64,000 nucleotides of DNA from Candidatus Krumholzibacteriia bacterium (GCA_041484665.1 JBGPIA010000001.1:288001-352000), one strand, 5' to 3'. Numbered from the stretch's first letter, positions 8,508-17,905 are shown. Translations and numbers: made by a program. Notes: generated by a model from the sequence alone, not told the origin.

Positions 8508-9947
8508 TCACGCCGCCGCTTCCAGGCGGCGCAGCTGCACCATGTTGGTCGCGCCGGCGAGCTGCATCGTGCCGCCCAACACCACCACCGTCTCGCCCGG
8601 CTGGGCCAGGCCACGCCGCAGCAGCTCGAGGTCGCCCAGCCGCAGCATGTCGTCGGTCGTCGGCGAGAAGCTCGTCTGGAACGGAATGACCCCGTGCAGC
8701 AGCGCCATGCGCCGGCACACCGCCGGGTCGGGGCACAACGCCACGATTGAGCAGCGCGGGTGGAGCTTGCTCATGATGCGCGCGGTGTTGCCGCTCAGCG
8801 TGTAGACCACGATGCGCCGCACTGCGGTCTGGGCCGCGACGCGCGCGGCCGCGGCGGCCATGGCGAACACGGCGGCATGATCCCCGCCGGGCTCGCGGTG
8901 GCGCGTGGGCAGGTAGAAGGGCGAGCCCTCCGCCTCGCGGGCGATCCGCGCCATCATCTCCACCGCCTTACGCGGGTACCTGCCCGAGGCCGTCTCGGCC
9001 GAGAGCATGACCGCGTCGGTCCCATCGAAGATGGCGTTGGCCACGTCGCTGGCCTCCGCGCGCGTGGGGCGCACGTTGTGCACCATCGACTCCAGCATCT
9101 GTGTGGCCGTGATCACCGGCAGGGCGCGCTCGCCCGCCTCGTGGATGAGGGCCTTCTGGACGCTGGGCACCCGCTCCGGGGGGATCTCCACACCCAGGTC
9201 GCCGCGCGCCACCATGATGCCGTCGGACTGCTCCAGGATCGCCGGCAGCGCGTCGAGCGCCTGCGGCTTCTCGATCTTGGCGATGATGGGCAGGTTGCCC
9301 CCCAGGCGGCGGATTTCACGCCGCAGCGCCGCCACGTCCTCGCCACTACGCACGAAGGAGAGCGCCACGTAATCCACTCCCAACCGCAGCCCGGCCGCTA
9401 GGTCGTCGAGATCCTTGGCGTCGTAGGCCGCCGCCGAGAGCGCGCGGCCCGGAACGTTGATACCCTTGCCGGGCAGGAGCGATCCGCCGGCCACGACGAC
9501 GCAGACGACCTCCCGTGTCGAAGGCACCGCGGTCACGCGCAGCTCCATCAGGCCGTCGTCCAGCAGCACCACGTCGCCTTGGAGCACGTCGCGCGGCAGG
9601 CCCTCGTAGGTGCAGGGGATGCGGCCGGCCACGCCCTCCACGTCGTCGGTGGTCAGGGTCAGCCGCTCGCCCTCACGCAGCACCAGCGGCCCACCACCCG
9701 CCAGGCGCCCGACGCGGATCTTGGGACCGCGCAAGTCCAAGAGCGTCGCCACCGACCGCCCGGCGGCCGCGCTCGCCGCGCGCACGCCGGCGATCGAGCG
9801 CTCGAAGAAGTCGTGATCGCCATGGCTGGCGTTGAGGCGTGCCACGTCCATGCCCGCCTCGACCAACGCGGCGATCTGGTCCGGGGTGGCACTCGCCGGC
9901 CCGAGCGTGGCAACGATCTTGGTGAAGCGCGGTGCGTCGGGTGTCAT
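8508..9947 (-). CDS. pyk: Pyruvate kinase
   Basis: TKIVATLGPAS, IIAKIEKPQA, MVARGDLGVE, TATQMLESM and DAVMLSAETA. Confidence 0.97.
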   Translation of the reverse strand: MTPDAPRFTKIVATLGPASATPDQIAALVEAGMDVARLNASHGDHDFFERSIAGVRAASAAAGRSVATLLDLRGPKIRVGRLAGGGPLVLREGERLTLTTDDVEGVAGRIPCTYEGLPRDVLQGDVVLLDDGLMELRVTAVPSTREVVCVVVAGGSLLPGKGINVPGRALSAAAYDAKDLDDLAAGLRLGVDYVALSFVRSGEDVAALRREIRRLGGNLPIIAKIEKPQALDALPAILEQSDGIMVARGDLGVEIPPERVPSVQKALIHEAGERALPVITATQMLESMVHNVRPTRAEASDVANAIFDGTDAVMLSAETASGRYPRKAVEMMARIAREAEGSPFYLPTRHREPGGDHAAVFAMAAAAARVAAQTAVRRIVVYTLSGNTARIMSKLHPRCSIVALCPDPAVCRRMALLHGVIPFQTSFSPTTDDMLRLGDLELLRRGLAQPGETVVVLGGTMQLAGATNMVQLRRLEAAA

Positions 9948-9963
9948 GGGGCGGCGGCAGGCC

Positions 9964-10293
9964 TCAGTAGCGGGGCACCGCGGGGTCGATCTCGGCGGAC
10001 CAGCGGTCGATCCCGCCGGCGAGATTGCGCGCTGCGGCGAACCCGGCGGCGCGCAGCAGTTCGACGGCGAAGGAGCTGCGGCCGCCCAGATGGCAGAGCA
10101 CGACGATCTCGCGCCCACGGTCGAGCTGCTGCAGCCGTGCCGGCAACAGATGGAGCGGGATGTGCACCGACCCGGGCAGCGAGGCGATGCGCAGCTCCCT
10201 GCTCGTACGCACGTCGAGCAGCAGCGGCGCGTTTTCACTTCGCAAGCGCCGGGCCAGCTCGACCGGGGTGATGTCGAAGGGCACGTCGGTCAT
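9964..10293 (-). CDS. Rhodanese-like sulfurtransferase
   Basis: LLDVR, CHLGGRS active loop, NLAGGIDRWS..IDP.VPRY. Confidence 0.9.
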   Translation of the reverse strand: MTDVPFDITPVELARRLRSENAPLLLDVRTSRELRIASLPGSVHIPLHLLPARLQQLDRGREIVVLCHLGGRSSFAVELLRAAGFAAARNLAGGIDRWSAEIDPAVPRY

Positions 10294-10310
10294 GGCGCGG
10301 CGACAGTATG

Positions 10311-10350
10311 CCAGAAGAAGGCTACGGGCGCCCCCGGCAAGGGCGCCCGT
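10311..10350 (-). terminator. Probable intrinsic terminator after nrdJ
   Basis: 10-bp perfect stem ACGGGCGCCC/GGGCGCCCGT (10324-10333/10341-10350) followed on the minus strand by a pyrimidine-rich tail (CCTTCTTCT). Confidence 0.5.
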
Positions 10351-10374
10351 CCACTTCGCAGACTCGCGTTGGCC

Positions 10375-13179
10375 TCAGCTGCAGCCGCTGGTCACGCCGC
10401 AGTTGAGGCAGCGGTAGCAGCTCCCGTTGCGCACCATCACCGACCCGCACTCGTGGCAGGGCGGCGCGTCGCTCTGGAGCTGGAAGACCATCTTCTCGCG
10501 GGCCTTCACATGGCCTGCCTCCTTGGCCTGCTGTGCCGCCCCGTTGCCGTTGCCGGGCTTGGGCGTCGCGGGGGGCGGAGCGCCCGCGGGCGAGCCCTCC
10601 AACGACCCCCCGGGCAGGTCCCCGAAGGCCGCCGACGCCGCGGGCGGGGCAACGCTGGCCGGGAACTTCATGGCCAGCCAGCGGAAGATGTAGTCCATGA
10701 TGCTCTTGGCGATGGGGATCTTCGAGTTGCTGGTATAGCCGCTGGGCTCGAAGCGCGAGTGGCTGAACTTGTGCACGAGCACGTCCAGCGGCACGCCGTA
10801 CTGCAGCATGATGGACACGGCCGTGGCGAAGCTGTCCATCAAGCCGGAGATCGTGGATCCCTCCTTCGCCATGCGCACGAACAGCTCTCCAGGGCTGCCG
10901 TCCTCGTAGAGGCCCACGGTGATGTAGCCCTCGTGGCCGGCAATGGAGAACTTGTGCGTGATCGCCCGGCGCTCGTCGGGGAGATGGCGCCTGTAGGGCG
11001 CGATCGGATCGTCGCCTGCACGCCCCTTGCGCACCGCGTCGTCGGTCTTGCTGCGACCGGTGTTGAGCGGCTGCGTCCGCTTGCTGCCGTCGCGGTAGAT
11101 GGCGATGGACTTCAGCCCCAGCTTCCACGCCTCGACGTAGATCTCCGTGATGTCCTCGACGCTGGCGCCCTCTGGGACGTTCACCGTCTTGCTGATGGCA
11201 CCGCACAGGAACGGCTGGCAGGCCGCCATCATGCGCACGTGGCCCATGTGCTGGATGCTGCGCTTGCCGCTGACCGGCTTGAACGCGCAGTCGAAGACAT
11301 CCAGGTGCTCGGGCCTAAGGTCGGGAGCGCCCTCGATCGTCTCGTGGTCGTTGATCCAGGCTTCGGTGCGCTCGGCCTGCTCGCGGGTGTAGCCCAGCCG
11401 GGCGAGCGCCTCGGGCACGGTCCGGTTGACGATCTTGAGCAGCCCGCCCCCCACCAGCTTCTTGTACTTGATCAGGGCGATGTCCGGTTCGATGCCGGTG
11501 GTGTCGCAGTCCATCATGAAGCCGATGGTCCCCGTCGGCGCCAGCACCGTGACCTGGCTGTTGCGGTAGCCGTAGTCGACGCCCAGCGTGTAGGCCTCCT
11601 TCCAGGCCTCGCGCGCCGCGGACAAAAGCCGCGCCGGGACGCGGTGCGGGTTGATCTTCTCCAGGGCGTTCTTGTGCTTGCCGATCACGCCCAGCATCGA
11701 GTCGCGATTCTCCGGGTAGGCGGCGAACGGTCCGCTGCGGCCGGCGATCGTCGCGCTCTGACGGTAGGCCTCACCGCACATGAGGGCGGTGATGGCCGCG
11801 GCATAGTCGCGCCCCTCGTCGGAGTCGTAGGGCAGCCCCCGGCTCATGAGCAAGGCCCCCAGGTTGGCGTAGCCAAGCCCCAGCGGGCGGAAGCGGTGGC
11901 TGTTGTCGGCAATCTTCTCCCGCGGGTAGCTGGCGTTGTCGACGATGATCTCCTGCGCCAGGATGGCAACCGAGACGGCGTGGCGGAAGCCCTCCGGGTC
12001 GAACTCCAACTCGGCATCGCGAAACTTCATCAGATTCAAAGACGCCAGGTTGCACGCCGTGTCGTTGAGGAACATGTACTCGCTGCACGGATTGCTGGCG
12101 TAGATGCGGTCGGTGGCCTTGCAGGTGTGCCAGTCGTTGATCGTGGTGTCGTACTGCATGCCGGGGTCGCCGCAGACGTGGGCGCTGTCGGCGATCATCC
12201 GCATCAGGTCGCGGGCGCGATAGGTATCCACCACCTTGCCGCTGGTGACGGCTCGCGTCTGCCACTCCTTGTCCTCGATCACGGCGCGCATGAACTCGTC
12301 GGTGACGCGCACCGAGTTGTTGCCGTTCTGGAAGAAGACCGAGTTGTAGGCCGTCCCCAGGAAGCTGCCGTCGTAGCCCGCCTCGATGAGCGTCCAGGCC
12401 TTGCGCTCCTCCTCGACCTTGCAGTTGATGAAATCGACGACGTCGGGATGGTCGATGTTGAGGATCACCATCTTCGCCGCGCGGCGGGTCTTGCCCCCGC
12501 TCTTGATCACGCCGGCAAAGGCGTCGTAGCCCTTCATGAAGCTCACCGGGCCGCTGGCGATGCCGCCGGTGGAGAGCATCTCGCGGCTGCTGCGGATGGG
12601 CGACAGGTTCGTGCCCGTGCCCGAGCCCCACTTGAACAGCAGACCCTCCGTCTTGGCCAGATCAATGATCGACTCCATGGTGTCGCTCACGGAGTTGATG
12701 AAGCAGGCCGAGCACTGGGGCCGCTGCTCGACGCCCACGTTGAACCAGACGGGGCTGTTGAAGCTGAGCTTCTGGTGCAACAGCAGGTGGGAGAGCTCGT
12801 CGCGGAAGGCATCGCGGTCCTCGGGCGCGGCGAAGTAGCCGCCCTGCTCGCCCCACAGCACGATCGTGTCGATGACACGGCCGATCAGCTGGCGCGCGCT
12901 GGTCTCGCGGCCTGGCCGGCCCAGCCCGCCGCGGAAGTACTTGCTCACGACCACATTGGTCGCCAGCTGGCTCCAGGTCGAAGGGACCTCCACGTCCTTC
13001 TGCTCGAAGAGCACCTCACCCTTCTCGTCAGCGATCGTCGCCGTCCGTAGCTCCCACTCGACCGTATCGAACGGAGGCACTCCCGGCCGGGTGAATCGCC
13101 GCGCCACCCGGATCCCCTTCCCGTAGACAGCCGTGCTCGCGGCCGGAGGCGCCGCCGAAGTCATCTCACGCTGGGTCAT
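10375..13179 (-). CDS. nrdJ: Vitamin B12-dependent (class II) ribonucleotide reductase with TSCPD domain and C-terminal Zn ribbon
   Basis: FNSPVWFNVG, QCSACFI, GGKTRRAAKM, SNPCSEY, VLAPTGTIG, YRDGSKRTQP, terminal CHEC..CLNCGVTSGCS. Confidence 0.96.
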   Translation of the reverse strand: MTQREMTSAAPPAASTAVYGKGIRVARRFTRPGVPPFDTVEWELRTATIADEKGEVLFEQKDVEVPSTWSQLATNVVVSKYFRGGLGRPGRETSARQLIGRVIDTIVLWGEQGGYFAAPEDRDAFRDELSHLLLHQKLSFNSPVWFNVGVEQRPQCSACFINSVSDTMESIIDLAKTEGLLFKWGSGTGTNLSPIRSSREMLSTGGIASGPVSFMKGYDAFAGVIKSGGKTRRAAKMVILNIDHPDVVDFINCKVEEERKAWTLIEAGYDGSFLGTAYNSVFFQNGNNSVRVTDEFMRAVIEDKEWQTRAVTSGKVVDTYRARDLMRMIADSAHVCGDPGMQYDTTINDWHTCKATDRIYASNPCSEYMFLNDTACNLASLNLMKFRDAELEFDPEGFRHAVSVAILAQEIIVDNASYPREKIADNSHRFRPLGLGYANLGALLMSRGLPYDSDEGRDYAAAITALMCGEAYRQSATIAGRSGPFAAYPENRDSMLGVIGKHKNALEKINPHRVPARLLSAAREAWKEAYTLGVDYGYRNSQVTVLAPTGTIGFMMDCDTTGIEPDIALIKYKKLVGGGLLKIVNRTVPEALARLGYTREQAERTEAWINDHETIEGAPDLRPEHLDVFDCAFKPVSGKRSIQHMGHVRMMAACQPFLCGAISKTVNVPEGASVEDITEIYVEAWKLGLKSIAIYRDGSKRTQPLNTGRSKTDDAVRKGRAGDDPIAPYRRHLPDERRAITHKFSIAGHEGYITVGLYEDGSPGELFVRMAKEGSTISGLMDSFATAVSIMLQYGVPLDVLVHKFSHSRFEPSGYTSNSKIPIAKSIMDYIFRWLAMKFPASVAPPAASAAFGDLPGGSLEGSPAGAPPPATPKPGNGNGAAQQAKEAGHVKAREKMVFQLQSDAPPCHECGSVMVRNGSCYRCLNCGVTSGCS

Positions 13180-13444
13180 CCTCGCTCCCCTTCCTCGTGC
13201 TCGGATCCCGGGCGTCCGCGCCCTGAGTGACTCGCGATGTCCTCCCCCGGAACCCGCCCTGGAACACGGGCGGCTGGCTGCCCCGGCGTGGGGCTCTGGC
13301 CCTTGCCTCTCCTGCGGTGCAGGCGCCCCCCTGGGGTGAGGCGCCTGCACGGCGGGAGGTTGCTGCGAGCCAGGGCTGTTGACCAGGAGGGCGAAGGCGC
13401 GGGCGAGCTGGGATCCTGGTGGGACAGCTTTTCGTTCCGAGGGC

Positions 13445-13497
13445 CCCAAGATCTTGGGCCTGGGCGCGCAACCTACCACAAGGGGTAGGGGCGTCAA
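13445..13497 (-). promoter_or_regulatory. nrdJ sigma70 promoter with tandem NrdR-like boxes
   Basis: -35 TTGACG (13497-13492), 16 nt, extended -10 TG-G-TAGGTT (13475-13470). Palindrome CCCAAGATCTTGGG (13445-13458) and degenerate copy CACAAGGGGTAGGG (13477-13490), 32 bp apart. Confidence 0.7.
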
Positions 13498-13598
13498 TCC
13501 GAAAAAGAGGAAGCCCAGCAAGTAGCGCAGGGGGAAGGAGATCCCGCGTTTCGGGTGGTTCGGGGGGCGGGCGCCGGCGCAATCGCGGGCGGCGCGCT

Positions 13599-14045
13599 CT
13601 AGCGCGACGGCGGCAGCGCGGCCAGTCGCGCGGCGCCGAAACGCTCGGCCAGGAACGCATCGACGCGCGCCATGATGTCGTCGCGCGTCATGGCGAAGAT
13701 CTCATCGAGCTCCTCGCTCCTGGCGCGCACGCCCACCGGATCGAGGATCGGCCAATGGAGGTGCTCCGCCGCCGGCGCGAAGGCCGCGCACGGCCTGCGG
13801 GCGCGATCGCTGAGGCTCACCACCACCTCGAACCCGGCCGGATCCAGTTCTGCCAGCGTCTTGCTCCACTGTCCCGTGATATCGACGCCGATGGCCGCCA
13901 TGGCCCTGACCGCGCGGGGATGGAGCCCCACCGCGATCAGGCCTGCGCTGTGCACGTCCACCCCGCGCGGTGCCCGTGCGCGGGCATAGCCCTCGGCCAT
14001 CTGGCTGCGGACGGCATTGGCGTAGCAGACGAACACGAGCTTCAT
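13599..14045 (-). CDS. Low-molecular-weight phosphatase / ArsC-family protein
   Basis: P-loop VCYANAVRSQMAEG, HSAG, HWPILDP. Confidence 0.85.
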   Translation of the reverse strand: MKLVFVCYANAVRSQMAEGYARARAPRGVDVHSAGLIAVGLHPRAVRAMAAIGVDITGQWSKTLAELDPAGFEVVVSLSDRARRPCAAFAPAAEHLHWPILDPVGVRARSEELDEIFAMTRDDIMARVDAFLAERFGAARLAALPPSR

Positions 14046-14878
14046 GCGCGCCCCTGAGCCTGCAGCTCGCTGAGATGCTCCCGGATGCGCGCCGCGTCGG
14101 GCGCGTCGGGCCAGCGGTCGAGGTAGTCGCGCAGGTCCGCGATGGCGGCTTCACGCCGCCCAGTGAGGCTGTAGAGCAGGCCCCGATCGCGCAGCTCGTC
14201 GGGCAGGTGCGGGTTGAGCAGCACGATGCGCTCAACGGCGGCGAGCGTGCGCTGGAAGTCGCCGCGGTGGTAGTACATCCCCTTCAGGTTGTGGAGCACG
14301 CGGGTCAGGATCGCCTTGTTGCCGACCGGCGCGATGTGCGCCGGCAGCAATTGCGCAGATGGGCCCTGCAGGCGCCGCAGGAGCTCCTCCAGATCGGAGC
14401 GCAGGAGCAGCTTGCCCTCGTGGAACGGATCGAGGAACACCGTGCCGAAGACGTCCTGGCAACGCACGAGGAAGTGGCCCGGGAAGCCCACGCCGCGCAC
14501 GCGCAGCGAGAGTCGTCGCGCGACCTCCATGTAGAGGATCGAGAGCGTGATGGGGATTCCCACGCGGCGCTGCAGCACCAGGTGCATCATGCAGTTGTCC
14601 GGATCATCGTAGTGCTCGCTGTCGCCGCGGAAGCCCAGCTCGTCGAACAGGATCCTGTTGATGGCGTAGACCGCGTTGTGGGAACCGCCGCCGGGCGTGA
14701 TGCGGCCGCGCAGGCGCGCCGCGATTGCGTCCACCGCGTGCACCCAATGCGCGACGGAGAGCGCCGGATGGTCCTCCTTGGCCAGGAGCAGGCAGGCGGC
14801 GAGCAGGTCGATGTCCTTGTCGGCCAGCTGCACCATCGCAGTGAAGCGGATCCGGGCGTCGTTGGTCGGCACGGTCAC
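14042..14878 (-). CDS. SirB1/transglutaminase-like protein with C-terminal TPR
   Basis: GFRGD..HYDDPDN, RRVGIPITLS, GVGFPGHFL, DELRDRGLLY. ATGA overlap with the next gene. Confidence 0.88.
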   Translation of the reverse strand: MTVPTNDARIRFTAMVQLADKDIDLLAACLLLAKEDHPALSVAHWVHAVDAIAARLRGRITPGGGSHNAVYAINRILFDELGFRGDSEHYDDPDNCMMHLVLQRRVGIPITLSILYMEVARRLSLRVRGVGFPGHFLVRCQDVFGTVFLDPFHEGKLLLRSDLEELLRRLQGPSAQLLPAHIAPVGNKAILTRVLHNLKGMYYHRGDFQRTLAAVERIVLLNPHLPDELRDRGLLYSLTGRREAAIADLRDYLDRWPDAPDAARIREHLSELQAQGRA

Positions 14879-14950
14879 GCGTCCCTTTGTCGCACTGTCG
14901 CAGCCGCCGCGCCGCTCGCGCGCCGGCGATCACCGCGAGCTAATCTTATT

Positions 14951-15895
14951 CTACCGCGCCGGCCGCCCTGCGTCTGCCGCCGCCTGTGCCGCGGAAGGAG
15001 CCGCCGGCGACGTCCGCCACAGCTCCACCAGCAGGATCGCCGCGAGGATGATCGCCGCGCCCAGCGTTTGCCTTGCCGTGAGCGTCTCGCGCAGGATGGC
15101 GAATGCGAACGCGGTGGCGAAGACAGGCTCCAGCGCGAAGATCAGCGCGGCCCGCTGGGGCGTGGTCTGCCCTTGGTAGCGGGTCTGCAACCAGAAGGTG
15201 CCCACCGTGGCCGGCACCGCGCACACCAGCACCGCGACCCACAGCGCCGCGCTCCAGCTCCCCGGGGGCCGCCAGTGGTCGCTGCGCCCTGTCAGCACCG
15301 GCGCCAGCGCGCACAGCCCAACGCCCAGCACCTGCAGGAACGCCAAGGCGTCGACATCGGGGCCGCGACGCAGCGTCCGTTGCAACAGGTGGATGTAGAC
15401 GGCGAACGTGACAGCGCAGGACAGGATCCAGAGGTCGCCCGTCTGCAGACGGCCTGCAGCGCCCGGCTGCTGGGGCTGCGTCAGCACGAACATCCCCACG
15501 GTGGCCAGGGCCGCCCCGGCGATGTCCAGGCGCGAGGGCCGCCCGGCGCGGAACAACGGCGCGAGTACGGGCACCAGGATCACGTTGAGGCCGGTGAGGA
15601 ACGCCGCCCGGCCGGCCGGGACCGTCTGCAGGCCGATGGTCTGGGCCAGATAGCACAGGTAGCTCAGAGCTCCCAGCCAAAGGCCGCTCCATAGGACCGC
15701 CCGCAGCGCGCGGCGGGCGCGGGCGCGCAGGAACACGATCGGCAGGAACGCCAGCGTGGCGGCGCAGAAGCGCGCGGCCACGAACTGCAGGGGCGCGACC
15801 TCCCGCAGGGCCAGGCGCAGCAGTGGAAACGTGAGCCCCCAGACCAGGGTCACCAGGACCAGCGCGAGGTCGGCGCGGCGTTGGCGGTCCGGCAG
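14951..15895 (-). CDS. EamA/DMT family transporter, probable CTG start
   Basis: Two EamA repeats (ADLALVLVTLVWG, AQTIGL, LEPVFA). The family N-terminal motif lies upstream of the GTG at 15853; CTG 15895 follows the SD AAGGAAGG. Confidence 0.82.
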   Translation of the reverse strand: MPDRQRRADLALVLVTLVWGLTFPLLRLALREVAPLQFVAARFCAATLAFLPIVFLRARARRALRAVLWSGLWLGALSYLCYLAQTIGLQTVPAGRAAFLTGLNVILVPVLAPLFRAGRPSRLDIAGAALATVGMFVLTQPQQPGAAGRLQTGDLWILSCAVTFAVYIHLLQRTLRRGPDVDALAFLQVLGVGLCALAPVLTGRSDHWRPPGSWSAALWVAVLVCAVPATVGTFWLQTRYQGQTTPQRAALIFALEPVFATAFAFAILRETLTARQTLGAAIILAAILLVELWRTSPAAPSAAQAAADAGRPAR

Positions 15896-16020
15896 GGCGT
15901 TTCCTTCCTTAGCGGGGCGCCCCCGGTGGTAGAGTCTCGCCCCGGCCGCGCAACTCTAGTCGCGAGCGGGCGGCGACGCCAGGCTCCGCGCGGGGCTTTC
16001 CAGCACGGGGGTGCCGGACC

Positions 16021-16419
16021 ATGGGCGCACGTCACTTCACGACGCACTTCACCCCGGAGGCCGCGGACCGGTGGGTTCCCCGGCTGCGCGAGCTTTTCGC
16101 TCGCATCCACGCCATCCTCGACTCCGTGGAGGACGAGATCTCCGTGATCCAGGAGCAGGCGCACCGGGTGGGTGGCAACGGCGGCGGGTTCGACTCCCGC
16201 CACTACTTCTCCAGCGACCGGGAGCTGGGGGACGCGCTGCGGGAGATCCAGAGCGCCGGGATCCTCATCCAGGACATCCGGCGGGGGCTGGTGGATTTTC
16301 CCCACGTGCGCGAGGGCCGCGAGGTGTTCCTGTGCTGGGAGCTGGCCGACGGGGACCGCATCCAGTGGTTCCACGAGCTCCAGGCCGGCTTCGCAGGCCG
16401 GGCGGCGCTGCCGCGCTGA
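16021..16419 (+). CDS. DUF2203 family protein
   Basis: FTPEAA, GILIQDIRRGLVDFP, VFLCWE, WFHELQAGFAGR. Confidence 0.8.
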   Translation: MGARHFTTHFTPEAADRWVPRLRELFARIHAILDSVEDEISVIQEQAHRVGGNGGGFDSRHYFSSDRELGDALREIQSAGILIQDIRRGLVDFPHVREGREVFLCWELADGDRIQWFHELQAGFAGRAALPR

Positions 16420-16525
16420 CGGGGGAGCCCCCGGCGGCCCACCGCGGCGCGCGCCGCTGATGCTTTGGCCGTCGACGCCGCTCACGGCGCCGTCGTCAGC
16501 GTTGCTGCCGATGCCATGGCCGCGC

Positions 16526-17812
16526 TCAGCGTCGCGCTGCTGCTCGCACGTCGTCGATCCGCTCCCGGACCCATCGCAACTCCGCCGCGAGTCCGGCGCA
16601 CAGCGCGGGCTCGTCGAGCTGCTCCTGAGGCAACACGCCCCACGTGTAGGTCTCGACTTCCAGATGGCGAGTGCGGTCGTGCGCGAGCACGTGCCGCAGG
16701 CAGCGCAGGAGCTCGGCCTGGGTGGTGCCCAGGCCCGAGACCGTGGCGCGGTGGATGGGCACGTGGAAGTGCACGCGCCAGCGGTCGGCTGCCAGCCATG
16801 CGGAGTCGGGTCTCGCGAGCAGTGTCTCCAGATCGGTCGCGATGACCGCGGCACCCGACGCCGTGGGCGCTGCGCGCGAACCGGACGATGCGTCTCTGGG
16901 CGGCCTTCCCACCTGATGCAGGTAGCGTGGCTCGGCAAACCGCGCCAGGGTCGCCAGCAACTCCGACGAGGCCCCGGGCCGCTCGATGTCGAGCGCGCTG
17001 CTTATCTGCAGCTTGGCGATGGTGATCCCAGCGCGGTCGATGTGGTCGAGCGACTCCTCCATCGCCTCGAATTCGACGGCCTGGTGGCAGGCGTCGAAGC
17101 ACAGCCCCAGGTGCCCGCGCACGACGTCTTCGGCGCGCGCGTAACCGACGCCGAAGGAGTGGAGCGTGCGCATCGCCGCGGCCGAGAGCAGGTAGCGCTG
17201 GAAGAAGTCGATCGCCTCGGCGGTGGTCTCCAGGGTGCACGCGGGCTCCGGCTCCAGCCCGAGCACCAGATGCCGCCCGGTCTGCCGCCAGAGGCGGTCC
17301 CATTCGGCAGCGAGCTCCAGAAGCTGCCTCGCGCACGCTTCTTTGAAATCAGGGGCCTCGCCCCACGGCTTGTAACCCAGCGGCAGCGTGCTGATGGAGC
17401 CGGTCTCGTCGCTGCCCACCCACGCGGCGAGCAGGCGCCCCAGCGCCAGCGTGTAGCGCAGCCGCTCCGGGTCGGCCCAGGTCGGGCGATAGACCTGCTC
17501 CTTCACGCGCGCCTGGTGGAAATCGCCGAAGGGGAACCCGTTGAGCGTGAACGGCTCCAGACCGCGCTGGGTGAGCGCCTCGCCGAATGCGCGCGCCCGG
17601 CCGCGGTCGCAGTCGAGCTCGAAGGCCGCGCTGGCCGGGATCCAAAGCCCCAGCCCGAACGGCGAGCCGGCCGCGTCGCCAAGGGTCTGCGCCCGCACGG
17701 CCGGCACGATGCGGTCGAGATTGCCCAGGATTGCCGCGACATCGGTGCCGGGCAGGACGTTCGTGCAGAAGGTCAGGCGCAGCTCGCGACCGCAGTGATC
17801 GATGCGGGGCAT
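16526..17812 (-). CDS. eboE: EboE-family TIM-barrel (xylose isomerase-like) protein
   Basis: LTFCTNVLPG, TLNGFPFGDFH..VKEQVYRPTW, LEPEPAC, DACHQAVEFE, HQV, WRVHFHVP, HLEVETYTW. Confidence 0.88.
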   Translation of the reverse strand: MPRIDHCGRELRLTFCTNVLPGTDVAAILGNLDRIVPAVRAQTLGDAAGSPFGLGLWIPASAAFELDCDRGRARAFGEALTQRGLEPFTLNGFPFGDFHQARVKEQVYRPTWADPERLRYTLALGRLLAAWVGSDETGSISTLPLGYKPWGEAPDFKEACARQLLELAAEWDRLWRQTGRHLVLGLEPEPACTLETTAEAIDFFQRYLLSAAAMRTLHSFGVGYARAEDVVRGHLGLCFDACHQAVEFEAMEESLDHIDRAGITIAKLQISSALDIERPGASSELLATLARFAEPRYLHQVGRPPRDASSGSRAAPTASGAAVIATDLETLLARPDSAWLAADRWRVHFHVPIHRATVSGLGTTQAELLRCLRHVLAHDRTRHLEVETYTWGVLPQEQLDEPALCAGLAAELRWVRERIDDVRAAARR

Positions 17813-17905
17813 CAGCACCTCGCCGTCCGCCGCGCGAGCGGCGCGCAACCTACGCTGCGCCCCGTGAGGCCGCGAGGCGACGGCCCCGGGCCGCACCTCG
17901 GGCGG

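Noticed and set aside
9832..13050. 1072-aa plus-strand ORF and similar long antisense ORFs (571..3105, 35672..38164, 38127..41081, 45200..47347)
   Set aside because: These are shadow frames opposite well-supported genes, expected in high-GC DNA, with no motifs.
13180..13463. Cobalamin riboswitch upstream of nrdJ
   Set aside because: B12-box and GCCACUG/GGGAAG core motifs were not recognisable by eye; cmscan would be decisive.
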